From contig JAZDNM010000005.1 in the NCBI GenBank assembly GCA_043799715.1, positions 4,859 through 68,858 on the forward strand: a stretch of 64,000 bases of DNA. Reading direction: 5' to 3'. The stretch comes from an archaeon. GTDB lineage: Archaea > Nanobdellota > Nanobdellia > Pacearchaeales > DTIR01. Positions 25,213 to 34,487 of the stretch are shown piece by piece. Under the pieces are notes generated by a model. It was given only the letters and a program-made list of their open reading frames with translations, had not been told where the DNA came from and did no database searches. Numbering within the stretch: the stretch's first letter is position 1; every line of letters begins with the position of its first letter. The position numbers and the translations under genes were made by a program.

Positions 25213-26748
25213 ATGAAAAATAGAGAGAATAAGGGTGATGTGTCCAAATATATGAGGAGAATGACTTGGGGGGCTTCTGTTGTTTTTGCCGGAAAATTCT
25301 TGTCAAAACTTTTAGGCTACTTGTATATCTTAATCGCTGCGAGATTGGGTGCAGAGAATTATGGTATGCTTAACATAGGTTTTTCTCTTGTTTCTTTGGT
25401 TGTGATATTCTCTTTTTTGGGTTTGGAAAATGCAGTTCTTAGGTATATCCCTTATTTTGAGGCAAAAAAAGACAAGGCAAGCATTAAGGGAACAGTATTC
25501 TTATGCATCAAAGTGGGATTAATCACAACCATCTTTTTTACACTGATTTCATTGCTCTTCTCAAAACAGATTGCAGTTTTATTCTTCCACAATATTAACC
25601 TGATACCAATAATCCGAATTTTTTCATTCACAATTTTGCCACTTTCATTTATCACTTTTTTTGCGACTGTATTCTCATCATTCCAGAGAGTGGATTATGA
25701 TATCAGTGTGAGAGAAGTTGGCGAGAAACTACTCAGAGGTATTTTAACTTTGGTGCTGGTCTATCTGGGATTTGGGATTATTGGAGCATCTGTTTCCTAT
25801 ATTTTTTCTACTTTTTTTATGTTGTTGGTTTGTGCATATTTAATGCAAAAAAAGGTATTTCCAATATTCAAGACAAATCAGACTACAAAATATCACACTA
25901 AAGAACTATTTTTATACTCTCTGCCTCTTTTGTTGATTGTTCTGCTTAATTCTTCAACATCTTCTATAAGCACATTCTTTTTGGGCTATTTTAGGACACT
26001 TTCAGAAGTAGGAGTATATAATGTAGCATTGCCAACTGCAAGTTTAGTAGTTACCATCCCTTTTGCTATAACCTCCCTATTCGTCCCGATTGTGACTAAG
26101 CTCTTTGCCCGCAAAAAAACAGATTTAATAAAACAGATCTATAAAACCACAAGTAGATGGATTTTTCTCATCAATTTCCCATTATTTTTAATAATGCTTT
26201 TTTTTCCAAGGCAGATACTAACTATCCTATTTGGTCAAAACTATTCAGTGGGAGCAATGGCACTTGCAATACTTTCCATTGGTTATCTTTTGTATTCGTT
26301 GAATTATGTTAATTTTCATATACTCTCTATATTAAAGAAAACAAATCTATACTTTTTTGTAACCCTCCTATTTGCGATCACTAATATTATCCTTAGCTTT
26401 TTGCTTACCCCCCATTATGGAGTTAATGGTGCCGCAATAGCTGTATCTGTCTCTTATATACTAAGTTCTATTTTCTGTTCTTTCTTAACGTACAAACAGG
26501 CAAAACTGCATCCTTTTAATGCTTCTTTCTTTAAACCACTATTCGCCGCTCTCGTGGCTATGGTTGCGGTATATAGCACTGTTAAATTCTTATTGATTAC
26601 ACTTAATTTTTATGGATTTTTAATAGCCCTAATGGGATTTTTAGCAATATACTCTCTCTTTCTTTTGCTGTTTAAATGCTTTGAGAAAGAAGATTTCGAA
26701 ATGATTAATGTCATTTTTCAGAGAATATCCCCCAAGAAAAGAGTTTGA
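25213..26748 (+). CDS. Wzx-like polysaccharide/oligosaccharide flippase (MOP superfamily)
   Basis: 511 aa, about 12-14 TM helices, N-terminal ...FAGKFLSKLLGYLYILIAARLLG..YG pattern. Confidence 0.7.
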   Translation: MKNRENKGDVSKYMRRMTWGASVVFAGKFLSKLLGYLYILIAARLGAENYGMLNIGFSLVSLVVIFSFLGLENAVLRYIPYFEAKKDKASIKGTVFLCIKVGLITTIFFTLISLLFSKQIAVLFFHNINLIPIIRIFSFTILPLSFITFFATVFSSFQRVDYDISVREVGEKLLRGILTLVLVYLGFGIIGASVSYIFSTFFMLLVCAYLMQKKVFPIFKTNQTTKYHTKELFLYSLPLLLIVLLNSSTSSISTFFLGYFRTLSEVGVYNVALPTASLVVTIPFAITSLFVPIVTKLFARKKTDLIKQIYKTTSRWIFLINFPLFLIMLFFPRQILTILFGQNYSVGAMALAILSIGYLLYSLNYVNFHILSILKKTNLYFFVTLLFAITNIILSFLLTPHYGVNGAAIAVSVSYILSSIFCSFLTYKQAKLHPFNASFFKPLFAALVAMVAVYSTVKFLLITLNFYGFLIALMGFLAIYSLFLLLFKCFEKEDFEMINVIFQRISPKKRV

Positions 26749-26755
26749 TTGTTGC

Positions 26756-28219
26756 TTAAATCCCCTTTGCTCTTCTAATAGCATTATTTACCGCTGTTTT
26801 TAAGAATCCCTTTATCCCATTATGCCTTATGTAATCCAGATGCCACTTCTGTTTTTTGATTATCCACTTTAGATATTCCCCCCCATGTTTCTTGAAATAA
26901 GCCCGGTTTACTTTATTTATAACCCATTCCCTTAAATTGAATAGTTCTTCATTACTGAATTTTGTCAGATTTATATTAAATTCGGAATCATGCAATTTAT
27001 CAAGATATTTCTCTTCATTTTTTATTAATCCCCTTTCCTTGGTTTCTTCATACAAAGGAGTGCCGGGATAAGGTGTTACAAAGAACATGCTTGTTAATGA
27101 AATCTCATTTTTTACACAGAAATTAATTGTTTCTTGCAATGTTTCTTTTGTCTCTTCTGGAAATCCAATCATCCAACCCAAAGTTATCTCTATTCCCGAT
27201 AATCTTGTTACTCTTATTGCTTCTTCCATCTGTTCCAGTGTAACTTGTTTATTTGCCAGATTTATCAATTTAGGGCTTCCTGTTTCTATACCATATTGGA
27301 TAGCAACACAACCTGCTTTTTTCATTTCTCTTAGCAATTTAAGGTCATTCATTCCTACCAAATTGGTTCTTCCTGCACATCTCCAGTAGATCTTAAGATT
27401 CCTTTTTGCGAGTTCATTGCAAAAATCCTTGACCCATTGCTTGTACACCATGAACAAATCATCCATAAAATAGATTATATTCACATGATACTTCCTGTTC
27501 AATTCCTCTATCTCATCAACCACATTTTTTACTCCCCTCATGTGATTCTGATGCCCAAAAATATGATAGCAGTATGTGCAGTGATAAGGGCATCCCCTGC
27601 CTGCTGTGACAACCATCCCCTTTCCTTTAACTTCATCAAGCCTTTCAGCGACCATCTTACCAACGTACTTTTCCATAGGGAACAGTTGCCAAGCGGGGAA
27701 AGGAAGATTATCCAAATCACTTATTCTCTCTCTGTTCGGAGTTATTATTATCTCATCCTTATCTCTGAAAGCAATGCCTTTTATATCCTTCAAATTTTTT
27801 TCATGCTCTATTGCGTCAAGCAGTTCTATTATTGTCTCTTCACCTTCACCCCGGACAAGATAATCTATTTCAGAATTCTTCAGCAAAACTTCTGGAATAG
27901 AAGTAGCAACGCTATTGCCCGCGATTATTTTCGAGTTTGGATGATGCTTTTTGATTATTTGGGAGAGCCATTTTACATATCTGTAGGATTCTCCAAGGAT
28001 GGCTCCAGTGAGGAAGATTCCATATTTGCATGTGCGGATATACTCCTCGACTTTAGCAGAATCAATCTTGAACGCATTGATATCCAGAACTTTTATTTTG
28101 TATCCTGCTTTGGATAATACCGCTGCGATATAACCCAGACCCAATGGAAAGAACATTGCTCCTTGTAATGGGGGATTTATCAACAATAACTCTTCTCCTT
28201 GTTCTTTTTTATCATTCAT
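26756..28219 (-). CDS. B12-binding (class B) radical SAM enzyme, paralog 1
   Basis: N-terminal Rossmann-like LLLINPP...GLGYIAAVL..., a GEGE block and GRGCPYHCTYCYH (CxxxCxxC). Confidence 0.85.
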   Translation of the reverse strand: MNDKKEQGEELLLINPPLQGAMFFPLGLGYIAAVLSKAGYKIKVLDINAFKIDSAKVEEYIRTCKYGIFLTGAILGESYRYVKWLSQIIKKHHPNSKIIAGNSVATSIPEVLLKNSEIDYLVRGEGEETIIELLDAIEHEKNLKDIKGIAFRDKDEIIITPNRERISDLDNLPFPAWQLFPMEKYVGKMVAERLDEVKGKGMVVTAGRGCPYHCTYCYHIFGHQNHMRGVKNVVDEIEELNRKYHVNIIYFMDDLFMVYKQWVKDFCNELAKRNLKIYWRCAGRTNLVGMNDLKLLREMKKAGCVAIQYGIETGSPKLINLANKQVTLEQMEEAIRVTRLSGIEITLGWMIGFPEETKETLQETINFCVKNEISLTSMFFVTPYPGTPLYEETKERGLIKNEEKYLDKLHDSEFNINLTKFSNEELFNLREWVINKVNRAYFKKHGGEYLKWIIKKQKWHLDYIRHNGIKGFLKTAVNNAIRRAKGI

Positions 28220-28414
28220 TTTTCAAAGTTCAATTAAAAATCATCTCAACACATACATCTTGATTTCTTTGTTTTTGTAATTCTTTATTAGCCCCCTTAT
28301 GTTCTCATGTGAAAAATTCCATTTTTTAATTTATAATACTTGTGGATTGACTACTCTGCAATGAAATCTAGTTCATAAGCTTTTTAAATCATCCCCCATC
28401 TGTAAGGAAATCTT

Positions 28415-29527
28415 ATGAACCTACAAATGAAAAAATACAGGGCTGCGATAATTGGGCTTGGCAGAATGGGAAGTTTGACTAATTATATCAACCCCCAATT
28501 AAATGAAATATGGACTCATGCTGGTGCGTATAAAAATTGTGACAGGACAGAATTAGTTGCTGCATGTGATATACTTGATGAAAAAATAGAGTTTTTTGAG
28601 AGATTATGGGGCAAAGTAAACTTTTACAAGAATTACAAAGAGATGCTTTCCAAAGAAAAGCTGGATGTAGTAAGCATATGCACTTGGCCAAAAAGGCATC
28701 ATGAGATGGTTTTGGAATCTATAAAATCAGGCGTCAAGGCAATATATTGCGAAAAGCCAATTTCCCTTTGTTTGAATGAGGCAGACGAGATGATCAGAAC
28801 TGCAGAGAAGAATAATTCGATCTTAGGGATAAATTTCCAAAGAAGATGGGATAGCAAGTACATCAAAGTTAGAAAAATGCTGAATTCAGGGGATATTGGA
28901 AAATTGCAGACAATTGTAGGGTATTCTGACACCGCTTTATTGGAGAATTCTATCCATATGATAGATATTCTTAGATACTTTGCAGGGGATGTTGATTCTC
29001 TTTCTGCTGAAATTGATAGGGACTTTATCAGGATTGTTGATGGCAAAGCAGATCCTGGAGCGTGCATTAATTTCAATTTTAAGAATGGCACAAAAGGCTT
29101 TTTGAAAGCAACAGGAAAAAATCGTTTTTATCATGGATTTGAAGTTGATATGCAGGGCACAGAAGGAAGGATAAGGATAACAAATTTTGGCAGGGATTTT
29201 GAGTTGTGGAAATATGCTCCAAGCGAGGAGTACAAGGGATATCTTATGCATAAAAAGATGACATTTCCAAATGTGAAAAAAAATGAAAAAATGGTTGCTG
29301 CAGTAAATAATCTGCTTGATGCAGTTGAAGGGAAGGAGGAATGCATCTGCACAGGACGCGATGGAAAAGCCGCATTGGAAATAATAATCGCAGCACACAA
29401 GTCAGACAAAGAGAAAAGAAATGTTCAATTGCCGTTACCTATGGATGAAAAACTTATTGATGATATAACCTCTTATAGTGGACTGAATTTGTCCGGAGAA
29501 AATAGAAGCGGGGTGGATTTTAAGTAA
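28415..29527 (+). CDS. Gfo/Idh/MocA-family NAD(P)-dependent sugar oxidoreductase
   Basis: AAIIGLGRMG Rossmann motif and IYCEKPISL (EKP motif). Confidence 0.8.
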   Translation: MNLQMKKYRAAIIGLGRMGSLTNYINPQLNEIWTHAGAYKNCDRTELVAACDILDEKIEFFERLWGKVNFYKNYKEMLSKEKLDVVSICTWPKRHHEMVLESIKSGVKAIYCEKPISLCLNEADEMIRTAEKNNSILGINFQRRWDSKYIKVRKMLNSGDIGKLQTIVGYSDTALLENSIHMIDILRYFAGDVDSLSAEIDRDFIRIVDGKADPGACINFNFKNGTKGFLKATGKNRFYHGFEVDMQGTEGRIRITNFGRDFELWKYAPSEEYKGYLMHKKMTFPNVKKNEKMVAAVNNLLDAVEGKEECICTGRDGKAALEIIIAAHKSDKEKRNVQLPLPMDEKLIDDITSYSGLNLSGENRSGVDFK

Positions 29528-29528
29528 A

Positions 29529-30812
29529 ATGGCACTTGAAGAGAAACTTGCAATTTTCGGCGGGAAGCCAGTAAGAAATAGGGAATTCCCCCAATGGCCC
29601 ATTATTGGGCAGGAGGAGATAGATGCTGTAACCAATGTGCTGAAGTCAGGCAGACTTTCTACTTTCGCAGCTTCAAAGCAGTTTTTTCTTGGGGGCATGA
29701 AAATAAAGGAATTTGAGGATAATTTTGCGCAGTATCATTCTGTGAAACATGCAATTGCTGTGAATTCAGCTACTGCCGGTTTGCATTGTGCAATTGCAGC
29801 CTGCGGCATAGGCCCAGGGGATGAAGTGATTACAACACCCTATACTTTTACTGCAACTGCAACTTCCATTTTGCATGCTAATGCAATTCCAGTTTTTGCA
29901 GATGTTAATGAAAAGACATATTGCATCAATCCGAAAGAGATAGAAAAGAAAATAACTCCAAGAACAAAGGCAATAATCCCTGTTCATTTATTTGGAAATG
30001 CTGCAGAGATGGATGCTATAATGGAAATCGCAAAGGAATACAACCTTAGGGTAATAGAGGACTGCGCCCAGTCTCCTGGCACTAAATACAAAAACAAACT
30101 TGTTGGAACAATTGGAGACATGGGAGTATTTTCATTTCAGGAAACAAAGAATATCGCAACAGGGGAAGGGGGCATGATAACTACAAACAATGATGAACTG
30201 GCTTATGGGTGCAGGCTTGTAAGGAATCATGGCGAAGCTGTTGAGGGAACAGCAAGAACTTATTTTTCAAACATTCTCGGGTGGAATTACAGGATGACTG
30301 AGATGGAAGCAGCAGTAGGCATAGAGCAATTGAAAAAACTTGATAGATTGAACAGCGGCAGGAAACAGCTGGGGAATTATCTTACAGGAAGATTAAGTGA
30401 AATTGAAGGAATAACTCCTCCTTTTACTGAATCCTATGTGGATTATATCCCCCATGTTTATGTTATCAGTTTTGACAGCAAAAAAACAGGGATAAACAAA
30501 AAAACATTTATCAAGGCAGTTAATGCAGAGGGCATCCCCATTTCAGGGGGGTATCCTCATCCTCTTTACATGAACCGCCCATTCCAGGAAAAATCAGCCA
30601 GTAAAAATGGCTGCCCATTTAATTGCCATTATTACAATGGCAATGCAGATTACAGTAAAGGCTCATGCCCTGTTGTAGAAGATTTGTGCGAGAATAGGGC
30701 TGTATGGCTGCCCTTTGTCAGGCCTCCTGCAACATTAGAAGATATGGCGGATATCTCTCATGCTGTTGCCAAAGTGATAAAACATAAGGAGGACTTGAGA
30801 GATATAAAATGA
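29529..30812 (+). CDS. DegT/DnrJ/EryC1/StrS-family sugar aminotransferase
   Basis: NSATAGLHCAIAACGIGPGDEVITT, and FSFQETKNIATGEGG (PLP lysine region). Confidence 0.85.
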   Translation: MALEEKLAIFGGKPVRNREFPQWPIIGQEEIDAVTNVLKSGRLSTFAASKQFFLGGMKIKEFEDNFAQYHSVKHAIAVNSATAGLHCAIAACGIGPGDEVITTPYTFTATATSILHANAIPVFADVNEKTYCINPKEIEKKITPRTKAIIPVHLFGNAAEMDAIMEIAKEYNLRVIEDCAQSPGTKYKNKLVGTIGDMGVFSFQETKNIATGEGGMITTNNDELAYGCRLVRNHGEAVEGTARTYFSNILGWNYRMTEMEAAVGIEQLKKLDRLNSGRKQLGNYLTGRLSEIEGITPPFTESYVDYIPHVYVISFDSKKTGINKKTFIKAVNAEGIPISGGYPHPLYMNRPFQEKSASKNGCPFNCHYYNGNADYSKGSCPVVEDLCENRAVWLPFVRPPATLEDMADISHAVAKVIKHKEDLRDIK

Positions 30813-31591
30813 AAAATAAGCTTGAAAGAATGGTTGTGTTAACAGCAAATAGACCAAGGCACCAATACTACGCCCAAACCCTTTATGATTCATTTAATTC
30901 AGTTGCGGGGGTATTTATAGAAGACAAGAAGGTTCAGGAAAAAGTGAGGGATTCTTTAGATGAAACATCGCCTATTGTTAAAAACCATCTTGATGACTTC
31001 AAAGAAAAAGAAAAAGAATTTTTTGGAATCAAATTAGATATCCCTTCGAGTAAATTGCATTATACCGTGAATATAAATCAGGTTGCCAGAGAAATAAAAG
31101 AAATTGAGCCAGACATAATAACTGTTTTTGGTACAACACTAATCAAAGAGCCCCTGATTTCTGCTTGTAGCAAGATTGTCAATCTTCATTTAGGCTTATC
31201 CCCCTATTACAGGGGTAATGGAACAAATCTATTCTGTTTTTACAATAAAGAACTTGAATATATTGGCGCCACAGTGCATTTTCTGGATAAGAAGATTGAC
31301 GGCGGCATGATAATCAGCCAAGTAAGACCGGACATTGATACTGGAAAAGATACAATAAACACTATCAACTGCAAGGCAATTAAAAGGGGGATAGAAGAGG
31401 TAGTGCGAGTGGTAGAAATTTTACAGGATAGGGCTAAAGTACTAAGTCATAAACAGAATTTAAGCATTGGCCGGGTATATAAAAGTGAGGATTTTACAGA
31501 GGAAGTTTGTAAAACTGCTTATGAAAATGTTGAAAAGGGATTGATAGGAAATTATAAGCCAAAGGAGGTTCGGATTTACACGTTAAAATGA
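30809..31591 (+). CDS. Formyltransferase-domain protein (sugar N-formyltransferase-like)
   Basis: IVNLHLGLSPYYRGNGT...GATVHFLDKKIDGGMIISQ matches the H-x-SLLP-x2-RG ... D core of formyl_trans_N. Confidence 0.65.
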   Translation: MKNKLERMVVLTANRPRHQYYAQTLYDSFNSVAGVFIEDKKVQEKVRDSLDETSPIVKNHLDDFKEKEKEFFGIKLDIPSSKLHYTVNINQVAREIKEIEPDIITVFGTTLIKEPLISACSKIVNLHLGLSPYYRGNGTNLFCFYNKELEYIGATVHFLDKKIDGGMIISQVRPDIDTGKDTINTINCKAIKRGIEEVVRVVEILQDRAKVLSHKQNLSIGRVYKSEDFTEEVCKTAYENVEKGLIGNYKPKEVRIYTLK

Positions 31592-32307
31592 AGAAAGGAA
31601 ATATTTTTGGGGTTATCACAGCAAGGGGCGGCTCAAAAGGCGTTCCGAGAAAAAATGTTCGTGATTTGTCAGGAAAACCGCTTATTGCATACACAATTGA
31701 AGAAGCGCTAAAAAGCAATTTGCTGGATAGGGTAGTAGTTTCCACTGATGATGCGGAAATTGCTGAAATCTCGCGAAAATATGGGGCAGAAGTGCCATTT
31801 ATGAGGCCAGCAGAACTTGCAACAGACACAGCACATCATCCGGAAGTGATAGAGCATGCGGTGTCCTGGCTGGAAAGTCATGATAATTATCCTGTTTATG
31901 CAGTTATGACGTTGCAGCCAACATCGCCTTTAAGGACTGCAGAGCATATAGACAAAGGCATTGAAAAGTTTTTGTCAAGCGACTTTGATTCTCTTGTATC
32001 ATTGAAATTTGCATTCCCCCCATATTGGGTTAAAAAGTTGGAAGGGGATTATGCAGTTCCTTTTATTGAGTACAAAAGAGGAATCAATCCCCATAATTTA
32101 GAAAGGCAGCAGCTGCCTTTGGTATATCAGATTGATGGTGCAATATTCATCACAAAGAGAGATTATCTCAAGAAAACAAATTCTTTGATAAGTTTGGATA
32201 ACTGCAGTTATATCCTACTTGATGATGCAAACGCGTCATTAGATATTGATTCAGAGGAGGATTTTAAGATGATTGAAGAGATAATTTCAAAGAAAAAGAC
32301 AAAATGA
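31588..32307 (+). CDS. Acylneuraminate (nonulosonic acid) cytidylyltransferase-like, NeuA/PseF/LegF family
   Basis: GVITARGGSKGVPRKN N-terminal motif, QPTSPLR, and GAIFI. Confidence 0.8.
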   Translation: MKKGNIFGVITARGGSKGVPRKNVRDLSGKPLIAYTIEEALKSNLLDRVVVSTDDAEIAEISRKYGAEVPFMRPAELATDTAHHPEVIEHAVSWLESHDNYPVYAVMTLQPTSPLRTAEHIDKGIEKFLSSDFDSLVSLKFAFPPYWVKKLEGDYAVPFIEYKRGINPHNLERQQLPLVYQIDGAIFITKRDYLKKTNSLISLDNCSYILLDDANASLDIDSEEDFKMIEEIISKKKTK

Positions 32308-33455
32308 CAAAAAGAAAAATCGCAGTGCTTACTGGTGCAAGAGCGGATTATGGAAGAATCAAATCTGTTCTTGATGCAATAAAAAAACATCCAAAATTGG
32401 ATTTATCCCTGATAGTCACAGGCATGCACCTTGTGCCCGAGATGGGCAATAGCTACAAATTGATAGAGCAGGATGGTTTTGATATAGATGCAAAAGTCCC
32501 TATGTATTCCCATGCAGGAGATACCGGAGGGGCTATGGTTAAGGATTATGCAAAATGCACATCAGGGATGGCGGATGCATTGGATAGGATTAAGCCAGAT
32601 ATCTTCCTGATAAGCGTTGACAGGGTTGAAACACTTGCAGGAGCGGTTGCAGGAGCTTTTATGAACCTCCCTCTGGCGCACATCCAGGGCGGGGAAGTAA
32701 CCGGCACAATAGATGAGAATATCAGGCATGCTGTTACTAAATTTAGCCATGTACATTTTCCAGCCAATAAAGATGCTGCGGACAGGATAATAAGCATGGG
32801 GGAAAATCCAAAATATGTCTTTACTGTGGGATGCCCTTATTTTGATATTATCCACAATTTGGATTATACAAGTAAAGAAGAGCTCGTTAAACAGTTTGGG
32901 CTCAATCCAAATAAACCTCTTGCCCTATTTGTGCAGCACCCAGTTACAACAGAAGAAAAGGACTCTGCAAGGCAGTTCTTCAACACATTTGAAGCCCTGA
33001 AAAAATTTGATTTGGAAACAATCCTCCTCTATCCAAATATTGATGCAGGGGGCAAGAGGATAATTGAAGAAATAAAGAAGAGCAATGCAAAACACTATAT
33101 GGTTCTGCCATTTAGGACATATTTAAGCTTGCTAAAAATATCAGATTTTATGATAGGCAACAGCAGCAGCGCAATTAGGGAAGCACCGACATTCAAGCTG
33201 CCTGCGGTGAATATAGGGACAAGACAGCAGGGCAGGCAGAGATCCTCCAATGTAATCAATGTAGGCTATGAAACTGCTGAAATTGTCAAAGGCATTGAGA
33301 AAGTTCTTTACGACAAGGAATTCAGGGAGAATCTTAATACTTGCGAGAATCCCTACGACCCCTTTGCTGATGGCAAGGGCGGGGAGAGAATCGCAAATAT
33401 CCTGGCTGATTTAGATTTAAAGATGCTGCCTATACAAAAGAGGATGACCTACTGA
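32304..33455 (+). CDS. UDP-N-acetylglucosamine 2-epimerase (hydrolysing), NeuC/LegG-like
   Basis: IAVLTGARADYG...DR.E.L......LP.AHI.GGE.TG..D...RHA.TK..H.HF pattern. Confidence 0.75.
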   Translation: MTKRKIAVLTGARADYGRIKSVLDAIKKHPKLDLSLIVTGMHLVPEMGNSYKLIEQDGFDIDAKVPMYSHAGDTGGAMVKDYAKCTSGMADALDRIKPDIFLISVDRVETLAGAVAGAFMNLPLAHIQGGEVTGTIDENIRHAVTKFSHVHFPANKDAADRIISMGENPKYVFTVGCPYFDIIHNLDYTSKEELVKQFGLNPNKPLALFVQHPVTTEEKDSARQFFNTFEALKKFDLETILLYPNIDAGGKRIIEEIKKSNAKHYMVLPFRTYLSLLKISDFMIGNSSSAIREAPTFKLPAVNIGTRQQGRQRSSNVINVGYETAEIVKGIEKVLYDKEFRENLNTCENPYDPFADGKGGERIANILADLDLKMLPIQKRMTY

Positions 33456-33514
33456 AGGATAAACTTAAAACATATTTCATAAGGTATAAATAGGGTTCAA
33501 AATTTTCAACTAAA

Positions 33515-34471
33515 ATGAAAGTATTAATTACAGGAGGTTCTGGGCTTATTGGTTCTGCTCTTGCTGAACGCCTTGTAAAAAAAGGGGTGGATGTTAATGT
33601 CTTGGATAAAAGAAAAAATCTTAATTTGCCTGGAGTAAACCTAATTCAGGGCAGTATCCTAAACAAAGGGGACTTGAAGAGAGCTGTTAAAGATTGTGAT
33701 TATGTATATCATCTCGCTGCAATTGTAGGCGTTAATCTCGCTGATGGCAGAGCTCTTGAATGCCTTGATGTGAATATAATCGGGACAAGGAATGTATGTG
33801 AAGCAAGTTTGCAGGTAGGAGTCAAGAAAATTCTATTTGCGTCTTCTTCAGAGGTGTATGGAGAGCCGGATAAACTGCCTATTTCAGAGGATTTTTTACT
33901 TAAACCGAAATCAGCATATGGATGGAGCAAGGCCGTTGGAGAAGAGTACTGCAAGGCATTCAAGAAGAATGAGGGGTTAGACTACTCTGTTGTGAGATTC
34001 TGTAATGTTTATGGCCCAAACCAAGCTTTAAAGTTTGTGCTGCCTTTGTTCATAAACAATGCATTATCAAATAAATCCTTAGAGATATACGGTTCTGGTG
34101 AACAAATCAGAAGTTTCTGTTATGTGGATGATGCAGCAAGAGGCACAGAGCTGGTCATGATGTCCCCAAAGACGAATTCAGATGTATTTAATATAGGCAA
34201 CCCAAATGAGCCTATAAGCATGAAGGACTTGGCAAAAAAAGTATTAGACCTAGCGGGGATTAAGGGCAATCATGTTTTTGTTCCGCTTGAGAATTATAGG
34301 TCTCCTGCCAGAGAGATACAAAAAAGAATTCCGGACATCAGCAAATCGCATAAAACTGTTGGATTTAAACCCGAAATCAATTTGGATGAGGGTCTCAAAA
34401 GAGTTATAGAATTTAAAAAGAAGGAGAAAGAGACCGGGGAGTTTATAACTCCTACAATAGACCACGATTAA
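33515..34471 (+). CDS. NAD-dependent sugar epimerase/dehydratase (extended SDR)
   Basis: VLITGGSGLIGSAL, SSSEVYG, YGWSKAVGE (YxxxK). A TATA-like GGTATAAATAGG lies about 27 nt upstream. Confidence 0.85.
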   Translation: MKVLITGGSGLIGSALAERLVKKGVDVNVLDKRKNLNLPGVNLIQGSILNKGDLKRAVKDCDYVYHLAAIVGVNLADGRALECLDVNIIGTRNVCEASLQVGVKKILFASSSEVYGEPDKLPISEDFLLKPKSAYGWSKAVGEEYCKAFKKNEGLDYSVVRFCNVYGPNQALKFVLPLFINNALSNKSLEIYGSGEQIRSFCYVDDAARGTELVMMSPKTNSDVFNIGNPNEPISMKDLAKKVLDLAGIKGNHVFVPLENYRSPAREIQKRIPDISKSHKTVGFKPEINLDEGLKRVIEFKKKEKETGEFITPTIDHD

Positions 34472-34487
34472 ACTTATTTTTTCTTTT

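Noticed and set aside
27437-28117. 226-aa plus-strand ORF inside radical SAM paralog 1. Similar antisense ORFs lie at 37151-37690, 43411-43995, 55319-55855 and 59160-59828.
   Set aside because: All are antisense to long genes with clear catalytic motifs and translate to Phe/Leu/Ile/Ser-rich low-complexity sequence.
28415-34471. Annotating the operon as a complete legionaminic or pseudaminic acid pathway
   Set aside because: The condensing synthase (NeuB/PseI/LegI) and the 4,6-dehydratase specific to those routes are not identifiable in the operon, so only family-level calls are justified.
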